The notes: a model not told the origin generated them from the letters alone. Shown: positions 26,986-35,592, counted from the first letter of the stretch. The stretch is 48,341 nucleotides of DNA from Candidatus Micrarchaeaceae archaeon (GCA_038877255.1 JAVYWZ010000002.1:1-48341), one strand, 5' to 3'. Numbers and translations are program-made.

Positions 26986-27241
26986 TCTGTGCACCTCTTC
27001 CTCTAATTGCATAAATGCATGCAATGCGGGCATATTCAACTCTATTTTTGCTTAGGTAATGGCCAATTCTGCATTCTTTGTTTGCCGTTATTGCAATGCC
27101 GTAATCGCCTTCGCCTACTATTAATTGCTTGACGCCTTTTATGTCAATTACTCTTTCCGCAAATGCGCGCACATCGCTCATGTGCCTTGGTCTAACAAGG
27201 AAAAGATCGTTCTGTATGCTCTTCCCAGTGATACTCCCCAC
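26960..27241 (-). CDS. Stand-alone RAM-domain (Lrp/AsnC ligand-binding domain only) protein
   Basis: DLFLVRP..VRAFAERVIDIKGVKQLIVGEGDYGIAITANKE..ARIACIYAI follows the beta-alpha-beta-beta-alpha-beta RAM pattern (V..V.G.yD..v.v) of archaeal demi-FFRP proteins, and no HTH is present. GTG start. Confidence 0.6.
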   Translation of the reverse strand: MGSITGKSIQNDLFLVRPRHMSDVRAFAERVIDIKGVKQLIVGEGDYGIAITANKECRIGHYLSKNRVEYARIACIYAIRGRGAQNGKVTKKA

Positions 27242-27561
27242 TCACACACCTTTTAAACAGAAAGAATTGGCAGGCGCAGGAGGCAAATAAGGGTGGGCAT
27301 TATGGTGGGTTTTAGTAAGTGCAAAACAAGAATAATGCACTCCACGCATCAAATTCCACCTCCCGCGCTTGTATATATTGTGAACAACCTTTTATTTAGT
27401 CACTTATTGTAATTAAAGAGTGTTTGAGTGCAGAGGATTCGGGTTTTAAGTTTATATTGTATTTAGGTGCATGGTTATCCTTTATACGGACAGAAGCACA
27501 GGTAAAATAGTTAACCATATACAAAGTTTAATCGGCTCTATTTTTGCTAATCAAGGGAAAG

Positions 27562-27571
27562 AAATATAAAT
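27562..27571 (+). promoter_or_regulatory. TATA-box candidate for the double Lrp/AsnC gene (near-leaderless)
   Basis: AAATATAAAT is centred ~26 nt upstream of ATG 27592. Confidence 0.45.
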
Positions 27572-27591
27572 TACATTTGCGTAATTTGCAT

Positions 27592-28941
27592 ATGCAAGAG
27601 CTGCCTCAAAACATTAAGGAAACCTTCGAAAAGCTGAGGCAGAACAGGAGGTGGCTGAGAGTAGTATTGATAAAAGGCCACTATTACGTCTATGAAGAAA
27701 CTACAAGAAAGCAGCCAAACGGCAAACAAAAGACATACATGCTTTACATAGGCCACATAAGGGAAGACGGCACTTTCGAACCGGTAAAGATAAGGAAAAG
27801 GGAATACACAAAGGTAAACAGTCTTGAAGAGCTACTTGGCAGCAGTGAAGCAGGCGCGTTTAGAGAAATAATATACCCAGGCGAGATAGACTTGAAGATA
27901 CTAGAGATAATCAGCACCGATGCAAGGACGCCTGCAAAAGAGATTGCAAGAAGGATCGGCATAACGACAACGATGGCGCGGAACAGGCTTGCGAGGCTTG
28001 TTAAGAGGTATGGCATAAAGTATACTATAGAGATGACACCTAGGCCCTTCGGCTACTTCAGGTACATCTGCCTTGTAAAGTTCCTTAAAAGGAGGCCAGA
28101 CCTGGAAGAGGTAAAGAAGGTGCTTGAGGCAGAGCCCGCAGTGCTATACGCAGCTGCGCTCAAGGGCGACTACGACCTATTCATCTATATGCTTGCGGAG
28201 AATACGCAAATCTTGGAAAACAAGATTTATGAAATAAGGTCAACGCCTGTATTCGCGCTGCATCCTGCTTCATGGGTAGTTACATACATTACTTATGCTT
28301 ATGGTTACGTGCTTCTAAGAGACGCATTCTTTGAAGACTTAAAGGCAAAAGTATGGCACAGAACAAAGGAAACGCCAAGAAAGCCGCGAGACGCAATAAC
28401 CGAGAGAGAATTCCAAGTCCTTAGACTTCTTAACGAGAACAGCAGGCTGGAGTTTGTGGAGATGGACAAGCACCTAGGTTTTGAGCGCGGCGCATCCCAA
28501 TACATATATCACAAACTTATAGAGAGAGGCATTATCTTGCGTGCCACTATAACTATGCAACTGCCTAAAAAGTATGATGTGCTTGCTGTATGCGAGCAGA
28601 CCGAAATTGGCTCTTTCAACGAAAACAGGAAAAGATTCCTGCAACAAATGATAGATCTGCCAAACACGCCTGCGAGCACATACGCGCTAGCTGGCGACAT
28701 AGGCGCCCCTTATGGCGCATTGTTTGTTGTGCCTTCGTATTCTGAGAACATCAAGGAAACAGAGGACATGCTGAACGAGTTTGTAAAAGGCTCAACAATA
28801 AGCACAAGTATAGTGTCAAGAGTTCTTTTAGGCAGTATTGGCTACAGGAGGATAAGCAAAGAAGTAATACCACAATTCCAAATAATAGAAGAACTTTCGC
28901 AGAAAGAAGAGCAACAGAAAAATAGGCAAACTAATTACTAG
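27592..28941 (+). CDS. Fused double Lrp/AsnC-family protein (N-terminal unassigned domain + 2 x [HTH + RAM-like])
   Basis: First unit: IDLKILEIISTDARTPAKEIARRIGITTTMARNRLARLVKRYGIKYT followed by ..LKGDYDLFIYMLAEN. Second unit: ITEREFQVLRLLNENSRLEFVEMDKHLGFERGASQYIYHKLIERGIILRA followed by ..LAGDIGAPYGALFVVPS. The ~110 aa N-terminal region (KGHYYVYEETTRKQPNGKQKTYMLYIGHI) is unassigned. The track ORF starts at TTG 27544. Confidence 0.75.
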   Translation: MQELPQNIKETFEKLRQNRRWLRVVLIKGHYYVYEETTRKQPNGKQKTYMLYIGHIREDGTFEPVKIRKREYTKVNSLEELLGSSEAGAFREIIYPGEIDLKILEIISTDARTPAKEIARRIGITTTMARNRLARLVKRYGIKYTIEMTPRPFGYFRYICLVKFLKRRPDLEEVKKVLEAEPAVLYAAALKGDYDLFIYMLAENTQILENKIYEIRSTPVFALHPASWVVTYITYAYGYVLLRDAFFEDLKAKVWHRTKETPRKPRDAITEREFQVLRLLNENSRLEFVEMDKHLGFERGASQYIYHKLIERGIILRATITMQLPKKYDVLAVCEQTEIGSFNENRKRFLQQMIDLPNTPASTYALAGDIGAPYGALFVVPSYSENIKETEDMLNEFVKGSTISTSIVSRVLLGSIGYRRISKEVIPQFQIIEELSQKEEQQKNRQTNY

Positions 28942-29066
28942 AAATAGATTATTGTGCTAATATAATTTAGAAGCCACCGCAGCCTCCCATACATTTCACC
29001 TGCATACCCCTAAAACCTTTGTATTTATAAAGCTTTTGTAACGCCACAGGAATAACAGTATATGCG
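28657..29066 (+). repeat. Tandem segmental duplication, copy 1 (last 95 codons of the Lrp-like gene plus 125 nt of 3' flank)
   Basis: Aligned by eye to 29145-29554. Both copies are 410 nt and start at CTGCCAAACACGCC. Similarity ends after CAGTATATGCG. Identity is roughly 85-90 percent, estimated by eye and not computed. Confidence 0.85.
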
Positions 29067-29144
29067 AACAGAGCGCAGAACAACACATTTTAAGTTCAAC
29101 GTATTGCGTGGAGTTTCAAGTGCATATGAACTAGCAGCTGGTTA

Positions 29145-29432
29145 CTGCCAAACACGCCTGCAAGCACGTATGCGCTTGTTGGCGATATAGGCGCTCCTTA
29201 TGGCCTATTGTTTGTTGTGCCTTCGTATTCTGATAACATCAAGGAATCAGAGGACATGCTGAACGAGTTTGTAAAAGGCGCAACAATAAGCACAAGTATT
29301 GTGTCTAGGGTTCTCTTAGGCAATATCGGCTACAGGAGGATAAGCAAAGAAGCAACACTACAATTCCCAGTGATAGAAGAACTTTCACAGAAAGAAGAGC
29401 AACAGAAAAGCAGACAAATTAACTACTATTAA
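29145..29432 (+). pseudogene. 3' gene fragment paralogous to the C-terminus of the double Lrp/AsnC protein
   Basis: The frame opens only after TGA 29127-29129. It reads LPNTPASTYALVGDIGAPYGLLFVVPSYSDNIKESEDMLNEFVKGATISTSIVSRVLLGNIGYRRISKEATLQFPVIEELSQKEEQQKSRQINYY, against LPNTPASTYALAGDIGAPYGALFVVPSYSENIKETEDM.. in the full gene. There is no upstream ATG and no HTH. The track ORF 29208..29432 uses an internal TTG. Confidence 0.7.
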
Positions 29433-29554
29433 GCAACGCCAAATGCTAACATAATTTACGTGCCAACACAGCCTCCCATTCTATTACCTGTATACCCCTA
29501 AAACCTTTGTGTTTATAAAGGTTTTGCAACGCCACTGGTAAAGCAGTATATGCG
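29145..29554 (+). repeat. Tandem segmental duplication, copy 2
   Basis: Same alignment as copy 1, period 488 bp. It contains a perfect 9-bp hairpin AAAACCTTT (29500-29508) / AAAGGTTTT (29517-29525). The equivalent hairpin in copy 1 (29012-29037) has one mismatch. Confidence 0.85.
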
Positions 29555-29625
29555 CCTGCATGCCGCCACGCACATAGAACCGTGCGGGCCGCAGCAAGCC
29601 TTTCACAAGATTCACAAGATAAAAG

Positions 29626-30465
29626 TTATAGCATGGCAATGCTGGCATACGCAACTACAGAACTGAAATCGCCAGTTGAATAACCAGAGTTGCCATACTT
29701 GAGCAGTAAGCCCTTCTTTGCCCCGTTAGATTTTGCGAACAATACTGCTGCTGAAATAGGGCCATAGCCGCATGCAGTGTCATCGGCATCGGCTAAAAGC
29801 TTTCTAAAAAGAGCCTCGTCGAGGCTTTCAAGTGCATGTATTGCGGGCATATCCTTTTGCTCTGCTACGCTTGCTGGCTCGTAGTGGTCAAAGTCTGAGC
29901 TCGCTATAAACGCTATGCGCCTTCCGAGCTTTTTGCTAGCGCTCAGCACAGCGTCGCACACAGCTTTGCTTGCGCCTGCGCCCTGGTCGCTCATGCATAT
30001 AAAGGCGAACTTGGGCTCTTGGAACAGGTGCTGAATGAAAGGAACTTGTACTTCTATTGAGTGCTCCTCAGCTATTTCCGACTCGCTTGTTGAAAATCTT
30101 TTATCATAAACAGAGACTTCTTTTGAAAATTCAGTATCGTTTTTGGCAATACCCAAAGGCGTTTCCCAATCCTCGAGCGACACTGTAACAAAATCTGCAT
30201 AGCCCATGTGATTTGGACCTACTATTACGAAAGTGTCTACATGTTTATCTGCTGCGTATTCAAGAAGTGCAGAATAGGTGTATGCGGCGACATAGCCAGA
30301 ATATTCGTATCCTGCATGGGGCGCAACAAAACCTGACGCTTTTTTAATTTCTGCAGTGTCGATCTTGCTCTTGTCAACGCTCTTGAAAAGAAGGTCAAGC
30401 ATCTTGCTTAAATCTGTCTTTGAGCCTGGATAAAACATGCCCGCAACTGCTGGTTTCCTTACCAA
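29626..30465 (-). CDS. MEMO1-family protein (AmmeMemoRadiSam system protein B)
   Basis: The N-terminal VRKPAVAGMFYPG, VAPHAGYEYSG and SSDFDHY are Memo-family signatures. TTG start. Confidence 0.85.
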   Translation of the reverse strand: MVRKPAVAGMFYPGSKTDLSKMLDLLFKSVDKSKIDTAEIKKASGFVAPHAGYEYSGYVAAYTYSALLEYAADKHVDTFVIVGPNHMGYADFVTVSLEDWETPLGIAKNDTEFSKEVSVYDKRFSTSESEIAEEHSIEVQVPFIQHLFQEPKFAFICMSDQGAGASKAVCDAVLSASKKLGRRIAFIASSDFDHYEPASVAEQKDMPAIHALESLDEALFRKLLADADDTACGYGPISAAVLFAKSNGAKKGLLLKYGNSGYSTGDFSSVVAYASIAML

Positions 30466-30516
30466 AAAATCACCGGTATGCTACCTTATTATAAACCATA
30501 ATTTAATATTTAACCT

Positions 30517-31164
30517 ATGCAGCGTTTTGGCAGAGGCTATGCAAACATTGTGCTCTCGAGGCTTAAGCATAGGTATTCGAGCGAGCTGCACACGCAGCTA
30601 AAGCACAGGAACAAGACTGAGCTTTTTGTAGCTGTTCTTCTTTCGCCGCAGTGCACGGATACGCAGACAAATAAGGCAACAAAAACGCTCTTCAAGCACT
30701 TCCATTCGTTTAGCGACTACGCTAAAGCAAGCGTCGGCGAACTTGAAAAATATCTCAAAGGCATAAACTATTACAAGACAAAGGCGCGCCACTTAAAAGA
30801 ATCTGCCGAACAAATCTGCTCGCTTTACAATGGAAAGGTGCCAAAGACCATGAAAGAATTGCTGCTGTTGCAAGGTGTAGGAAGGAAAGTGGCAAATGTG
30901 ATATTGAGCGAAGCGTATGGAATAAACGAAGGCATAGCTGTAGACACGCATGTAAAAACCGTTTCATACAGGGTTGGCCTTACAAAGAGCAGAAAACCTG
31001 ACAAGATAGAAGAGGACTTGATGAGAAGGTTTAACAGGAAAGACTGGGGAAGCGTTTCAAATGCGCTTATAGCGCTTGGTCGCGATACCTGTAAAGCGGC
31101 AAAAAAAGAATGCGATAGATGCGTACTTAATGACATTTGCCCCAGCAGCACAGTTACGCAGTGA
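30517..31164 (+). CDS. nth: Endonuclease III (HhH-GPD DNA glycosylase/AP lyase)
   Basis: LVAVLLSPQCTD, HhH LQGVGRKVANVIL (catalytic Lys), DTHV (Asp), and the Fe-S cluster loop C-x6-C-x2-C-x5-C (CKAAKKECDRCVLNDIC). Confidence 0.9.
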   Translation: MQRFGRGYANIVLSRLKHRYSSELHTQLKHRNKTELFVAVLLSPQCTDTQTNKATKTLFKHFHSFSDYAKASVGELEKYLKGINYYKTKARHLKESAEQICSLYNGKVPKTMKELLLLQGVGRKVANVILSEAYGINEGIAVDTHVKTVSYRVGLTKSRKPDKIEEDLMRRFNRKDWGSVSNALIALGRDTCKAAKKECDRCVLNDICPSSTVTQ

Positions 31165-31533
31165 ACTACCAAGCAATTGCGGACGGGGCTTCCGCCATAT
31201 CTGCTTGTTCGGAGCTTCTCGCTTCAACGGCAATGCTTGCTTTCACATGCGGAATACTTTTATGTATTCGAGCATGCTACTTGCAGAGGCATAATCCTCT
31301 GCGAGCGTCTCGCCTAGGTTACCTAGGCAAAGCCCTTCTTTCTTTATTTATTCAGCAGAGGCAACATTCTTATTAAGCAAGTTGCACGAAGGGCATGACT
31401 TGAATTATGTATGATGGCGTGCAGCTAAAATGATAAAAAGGTAAATTGCGTGTTATGGTAGAAAAGCCAATACCATAGTCAACGTTTTTTGGAAATATTT
31501 AAAAAGGAAACGTGTAAATATACTCGTGGTGCA

Positions 31534-31848
31534 TTGGACAACATTGAAACGATCAAGCAGGCAGAGGAACTAAGCAAAAAGCGCATAGCAGAAGCAACGG
31601 TAAAGAGGGCAGAGATCATAGCAGAGGCAGAGAAAGAGGCCGCCAAGAGCATAGAGAACGCAGTTGCAGAAGCAAACAACAATGCTGCAAACGCGCTTAA
31701 GGCAATTGAGGAAGAAATGGGCAAAGAACGCATAAGGCGTTTGGAAATTGCTAGGAAGCGGGCAAAAAAGATTAGTAATGCAAAGCTCTCTAAAAGCGCT
31801 ATAGAAAAAGTAGCAAAGGCCGCTGCAGAAAAGATCATTTCTGATTGA
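31534..31848 (+). CDS. atpH: A-type ATP synthase subunit H
   Basis: Short Ala/Glu/Lys-rich helical protein (IKQAEELSKKRIAEATVKRAEIIAEAEKEAAK) at the first position of the canonical archaeal atpHIKECFABD order. The start is uncertain: TTG 31534 fits the TATA-like AAATATTTAAAAA at 31493-31505, while the track uses TTG 31489. Confidence 0.65.
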   Translation: MDNIETIKQAEELSKKRIAEATVKRAEIIAEAEKEAAKSIENAVAEANNNAANALKAIEEEMGKERIRRLEIARKRAKKISNAKLSKSAIEKVAKAAAEKIISD

Positions 31849-31859
31849 TATTGATGTTT

Positions 31860-33725
31860 ATGTTGCGAACGGAGCCGATGACAAAGGTAAGGGCCGTATT
31901 CCTAGAGCAAAATAAGCCCGAAGTAATAAGAACGTTGCACGGGCTTGGCGTGATAGACTTTAGAAAGAGCAAGCTGAGTCTTATTGACGACACGCCGCTA
32001 ATGTATTACCAGCAGATTTACGATGCGCTAATAAAATTTGAAGGCGCGCTGGCGCTTATCCCAAAACAAGCAACGCACAAGCGCATAGAGCATATGCCAT
32101 TAAAGCGGCTACTTAAAGAAGCGGCGCATAACAGAGCAGTTGAAAAGATATACGCGCTTGCAGATATGCGCGAACAACTCATGGAAACACAAAAGAAGAT
32201 AGAATATGCGCAGAAGGTAGCTGCATTGCTATTTCGCGTTGGCGTAAGCCCCGAAGCTCTGAACAGCAGCAGCGTAAAGTTTGAGGCATATATTGGAAAC
32301 GCAAAGGAGATAAGCGCAATGAATGAAATATTAGCAAAAGAGAAAGGAGTTGCAACGAAGTATTACCTAGAGCATGGTGTTGGCTTTTTGCTTGTCGCTT
32401 TTGAAGCGGACAGAGAAACAGTAGTAGAAGCGTGCGCGAAAGCGCAAAAAAAGGCTCCTGAGCGGCTTGACCTTAAAGCAGAATATATAGAGGGCAATGA
32501 CCCTAAGAAACTAGTAAAAGAGCTTGGCAAGCGCAGTGCAGAAAACGAGAGGCGCATAGATGAAATAGAGCGCAATCTTGCTAGAGAAGGAGCAAAGAGC
32601 TATGCAAACATTGCTGCTATGACTGAGATGCTTCATATAGAGCTTGACAGGGCGAACGCAAGCTCGATGTTCAAGAAGACAGAGAGCACAGCATTGTTAG
32701 AAGGGTGGATTCCCAGCAAGCAGTACGTATATTTTGAAAAGGCGTTGCTTAGCGCAACAAAAAACAACGCATATATTGAAAAGATGCAAGACGACGAGCT
32801 TGCGCCTACTTTGCTCAACAGGCCTAAGATCTTGAAGCCGTTCGATTTCGGCATGGAATTCTTCTCTTTGCCAAGGAGCGACGAGATAGACCCGACATGG
32901 TTCTTCATAGGCTCGTTCCTGATATTTTACGGCTTCATGGTAAGCGACGTCGGCTATGCTCTGCTCTCGTTCCTGCTTGCAAGCTGGATCGCTAGAATAA
33001 CAAATCCAAACGGTCTGACGCACAACGCTGCAAAGGTGTGGCGGCTTGGCGCAATACCTGCAGCAGTATTTGGAGTAATAACAAACCAGTACTTTGGCCT
33101 TAAGCTTGACCAGTACTTCATGCCCTTTGCAGGCATAGACTGGCTCAAGAGCATAACCGTGTTCCTTGCAATAAGCATAATCATGGGCATTACAGAGATA
33201 GTAATAGGGCTTGTCTTCGGATTCATTAACAGGTACAGGCGCGGAGAAAAGCTCAAGGCATACAGCAAACTTACTGGCATAGCTACAATATTGCTCGGCA
33301 CATTCTTTGTTGCTGGAGCTTTCTTCGGCGTTATGGGTTCGCTTGCCATGCCTTTCGGCATTGGCGCCCTCATAGCGCTAATAGCGACGGTAGTTCTGGG
33401 CGGAAGCGAAGGCTCTGAAGCAATGTCACTAATAACACACACGCTCAGCTATGCGAGAATTATGGGCTTTGGCCTGACGAGCGTAATGATAGCATTTCTC
33501 ATCAACACAGCATTCACGCCGACGCTTGCTAACGGCATTCCCATGTTTATCCTGCTTATAATAGTATTCCTTGTGCTTCACACGCTCAACATGATCGTAT
33601 CGATGTTTGAGGGCATAGTGCAAGGCGTAAGGCTCAATATTGTTGAATTCTTCACAAAATTTTACTATGGCGGCGGTATAAAGTTCATGCCGTTTGGCTA
33701 TAAAAGGCTACTTACTAAAGAATAA
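31860..33725 (+). CDS. atpI: A-type ATP synthase subunit I (a-subunit, stator/proton channel)
   Basis: ~330 aa soluble N-terminal half, then a polytopic C-terminal half including the conserved LSYARIMGFGL (essential Arg). Second gene of the operon. Confidence 0.9.
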   Translation: MLRTEPMTKVRAVFLEQNKPEVIRTLHGLGVIDFRKSKLSLIDDTPLMYYQQIYDALIKFEGALALIPKQATHKRIEHMPLKRLLKEAAHNRAVEKIYALADMREQLMETQKKIEYAQKVAALLFRVGVSPEALNSSSVKFEAYIGNAKEISAMNEILAKEKGVATKYYLEHGVGFLLVAFEADRETVVEACAKAQKKAPERLDLKAEYIEGNDPKKLVKELGKRSAENERRIDEIERNLAREGAKSYANIAAMTEMLHIELDRANASSMFKKTESTALLEGWIPSKQYVYFEKALLSATKNNAYIEKMQDDELAPTLLNRPKILKPFDFGMEFFSLPRSDEIDPTWFFIGSFLIFYGFMVSDVGYALLSFLLASWIARITNPNGLTHNAAKVWRLGAIPAAVFGVITNQYFGLKLDQYFMPFAGIDWLKSITVFLAISIIMGITEIVIGLVFGFINRYRRGEKLKAYSKLTGIATILLGTFFVAGAFFGVMGSLAMPFGIGALIALIATVVLGGSEGSEAMSLITHTLSYARIMGFGLTSVMIAFLINTAFTPTLANGIPMFILLIIVFLVLHTLNMIVSMFEGIVQGVRLNIVEFFTKFYYGGGIKFMPFGYKRLLTKE

Positions 33726-33733
33726 GTGGTAAC

Positions 33734-33967
33734 ATGATAAGCATAGACGCTGCGATCGCTGCAATTGGTGCGGGTCTGGCAATACTGGGCGGTGCTGTAG
33801 GCACAGGCATAGCCCAATCTGGCATAGGCTCAGCAGGAATGGGCCTCTTGGCAGAGAAGCCTGAGACGACAGGCCAAGTGCTATTGTTTCTTGTGATACC
33901 TGAGACACTAGTGATCTTTGGCTTTGTCATAGCAATACTGATAATGCTTTCTGCCGGGCTTATATAA
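33734..33967 (+). CDS. atpK: A-type ATP synthase subunit K (proteolipid c)
   Basis: 77 aa two-helix hairpin, Gly-rich helix 1 (AIGAGLAILGGAVGTGIAQSGIG), and the ion-binding Glu in helix 2 (LVIPETLVIFG). Confidence 0.9.
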   Translation: MISIDAAIAAIGAGLAILGGAVGTGIAQSGIGSAGMGLLAEKPETTGQVLLFLVIPETLVIFGFVIAILIMLSAGLI

Positions 33968-33979
33968 TGTGGCGAGCAA

Positions 33980-34552
33980 ATGCCACTTAAGGACATAATA
34001 GATAATATAAATGCAGAGGCTGAGCAGCAGGCAAAAGCAATCATCGAATCTGCAAAAAGCGAGGCAAGAAAATTATTGGAAGACGCGAAGAGCAGTGCGA
34101 AAGCAAAGTCAAGGGAAATAGAAGAAACTGCAAGGAAAGAAGCTGCTGCGCGCAGACAATTCCTTGAGCAGAGCATTGGCACGGAAGAGGCAGAGCTGCT
34201 CAGCGGCGCTTTCGGCGATGCTGTTGAGCGCACCACAAAACAAGTAATTGCAGCACTTTCTAAAGAGCTTGAAAAGCATATCGATGAAATAATTGCTAGC
34301 GCCATAGAGCAATTCATGCGCTCTGTACCAAAGGAAGAGGCAAGGGCGTTAGTAGATAGAAAATATGAAAAGGCAGTAAAAAGCAAAGGCATCGAAGTAA
34401 TAGAAAAAGCCGCAAGCCCAGGAGAGCTTGTGCTAGAATCGAGCGACAAGCTCATAAGCATGCACATAAGCGCCAAGCAGATCGCTGAAGCAAACAAAGA
34501 CCTTGTGGCAAGCCTTGTAGCAAAAGAGCTGAAGAAAAAGGTGCAATTATGA
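33980..34552 (+). CDS. atpE: A-type ATP synthase subunit E (peripheral stalk)
   Basis: 190 aa. The N-terminal long helix IIDNINAEAEQQAKAIIESAKSEARKLLEDAK is typical of subunit E, and the operon position agrees. Confidence 0.8.
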   Translation: MPLKDIIDNINAEAEQQAKAIIESAKSEARKLLEDAKSSAKAKSREIEETARKEAAARRQFLEQSIGTEEAELLSGAFGDAVERTTKQVIAALSKELEKHIDEIIASAIEQFMRSVPKEEARALVDRKYEKAVKSKGIEVIEKAASPGELVLESSDKLISMHISAKQIAEANKDLVASLVAKELKKKVQL

Positions 34553-35592
34553 AAGCAGTGGAATATGGTTATGCAAATGCACGCGTAAAGGCAATGGAAT
34601 CTATGCTGTTGAGCAATGACCTCATTCAAAAGATGAGAAGCGCAAGAAGTGTAGATGAGCTTGTTCCGATGCTTTATGATACTGCATACAAGCGCAATCT
34701 TATTGAGTTTGGCGGGCTCAACATTAAAAGCTCGCTCCTGGATTTCGCAATAAACAAGAACCTTTCAGAGAGCGTCGAGAAGCTCGTCAGAATAACGCCG
34801 AATAGGTACAGGAAGCTGATGCAGGCGCTTGTCTCCAAATGGGATTTTGCAAACGCAAAGCTTGCAATAGAAGCCAAAGCGAGAGGCATTGCATACGACA
34901 AAATTTCCGATTATGTTACAGACAGAGGACCTTTCAACGCAATCGTTATTAAGGAGGCACTTGGGAAAAAAGACATTAGCGAGCTTCTTGAGTTTCTTGC
35001 AATAAGGGCGCCGAGCAGCTACAAGGAGGTAATTGCAAAAGCAGCGCAGGCGTATGAAAAGAACAAAAACCCATTTGCTGCGATAGATGCGATAGACCTC
35101 AACTCCTATGCGCTTGTAGGCGCTGTTGCACGTGCCCTGTTTGCAGACGACACAAAAGCCGCACGCATTGTGAAGATAAGCATAGACATCCAAAATATGA
35201 TCACACTGATAAGGGCAAAGGCAAATAATGCGACATTTGAAAGCGTTGAGCAGAGGCTGCTGAAAAGCGGCAGCATAAGCATTGCAGAGCTTGCTGACAC
35301 ATACGCAAAAGCCAATACAGTAGACGAGTTTGTTGGCGCAGTAAAGCAGAAAGGCTTTGCAAATGGTTTAGATGCTTACAATAAGACAGGCTCGCTCACA
35401 CAATTGGAAATTGGCATGCGTAAACAGCTGCTTGAGAAGAGCAGGGGCATGCTTGCAGAAGTGCTTTCATTTGCTGCAATATTAGCATACGCCTATGTCA
35501 AAGAGCTTGAAGCAATAAACTTAAGAGTGATAATAAAGAGCAAACAGTACATGCTGAGCGAGAGCGAGCTCAACGAGCTTGTGATTGCATGA
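34549..35592 (+). CDS. atpC: A-type ATP synthase subunit C (d-like central stalk socket)
   Basis: 347 aa all-helical. The N-terminus YGYANARVKAMESMLL matches the AtpC consensus. ATGA overlap with atpE. Confidence 0.8.
   Translation: MKAVEYGYANARVKAMESMLLSNDLIQKMRSARSVDELVPMLYDTAYKRNLIEFGGLNIKSSLLDFAINKNLSESVEKLVRITPNRYRKLMQALVSKWDFANAKLAIEAKARGIAYDKISDYVTDRGPFNAIVIKEALGKKDISELLEFLAIRAPSSYKEVIAKAAQAYEKNKNPFAAIDAIDLNSYALVGAVARALFADDTKAARIVKISIDIQNMITLIRAKANNATFESVEQRLLKSGSISIAELADTYAKANTVDEFVGAVKQKGFANGLDAYNKTGSLTQLEIGMRKQLLEKSRGMLAEVLSFAAILAYAYVKELEAINLRVIIKSKQYMLSESELNELVIA

Noticed and set aside
29208-29432. The 74 aa track ORF considered as an independent small gene.
   Set aside because: Homology to the upstream gene extends 63 nt 5' of the proposed TTG start, and the frame is closed by a TGA just before the homology. 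It is a duplicated 3' fragment and is reported as a pseudogene/repeat instead.
33715-34629. A 304 aa minus-strand ORF spanning atpK/atpE. Similar long antisense ORFs occur at 12618..13130, 13359..14003, 31479..31838, 32954..33442, 43085..43624 and 20041..20457.
   Set aside because: All lie antisense to genes with clear conserved motifs. They have Ser/Leu/Ala/Cys-rich low-complexity composition and no recognisable domain. These are typical shadow ORFs of GC-balanced coding DNA.
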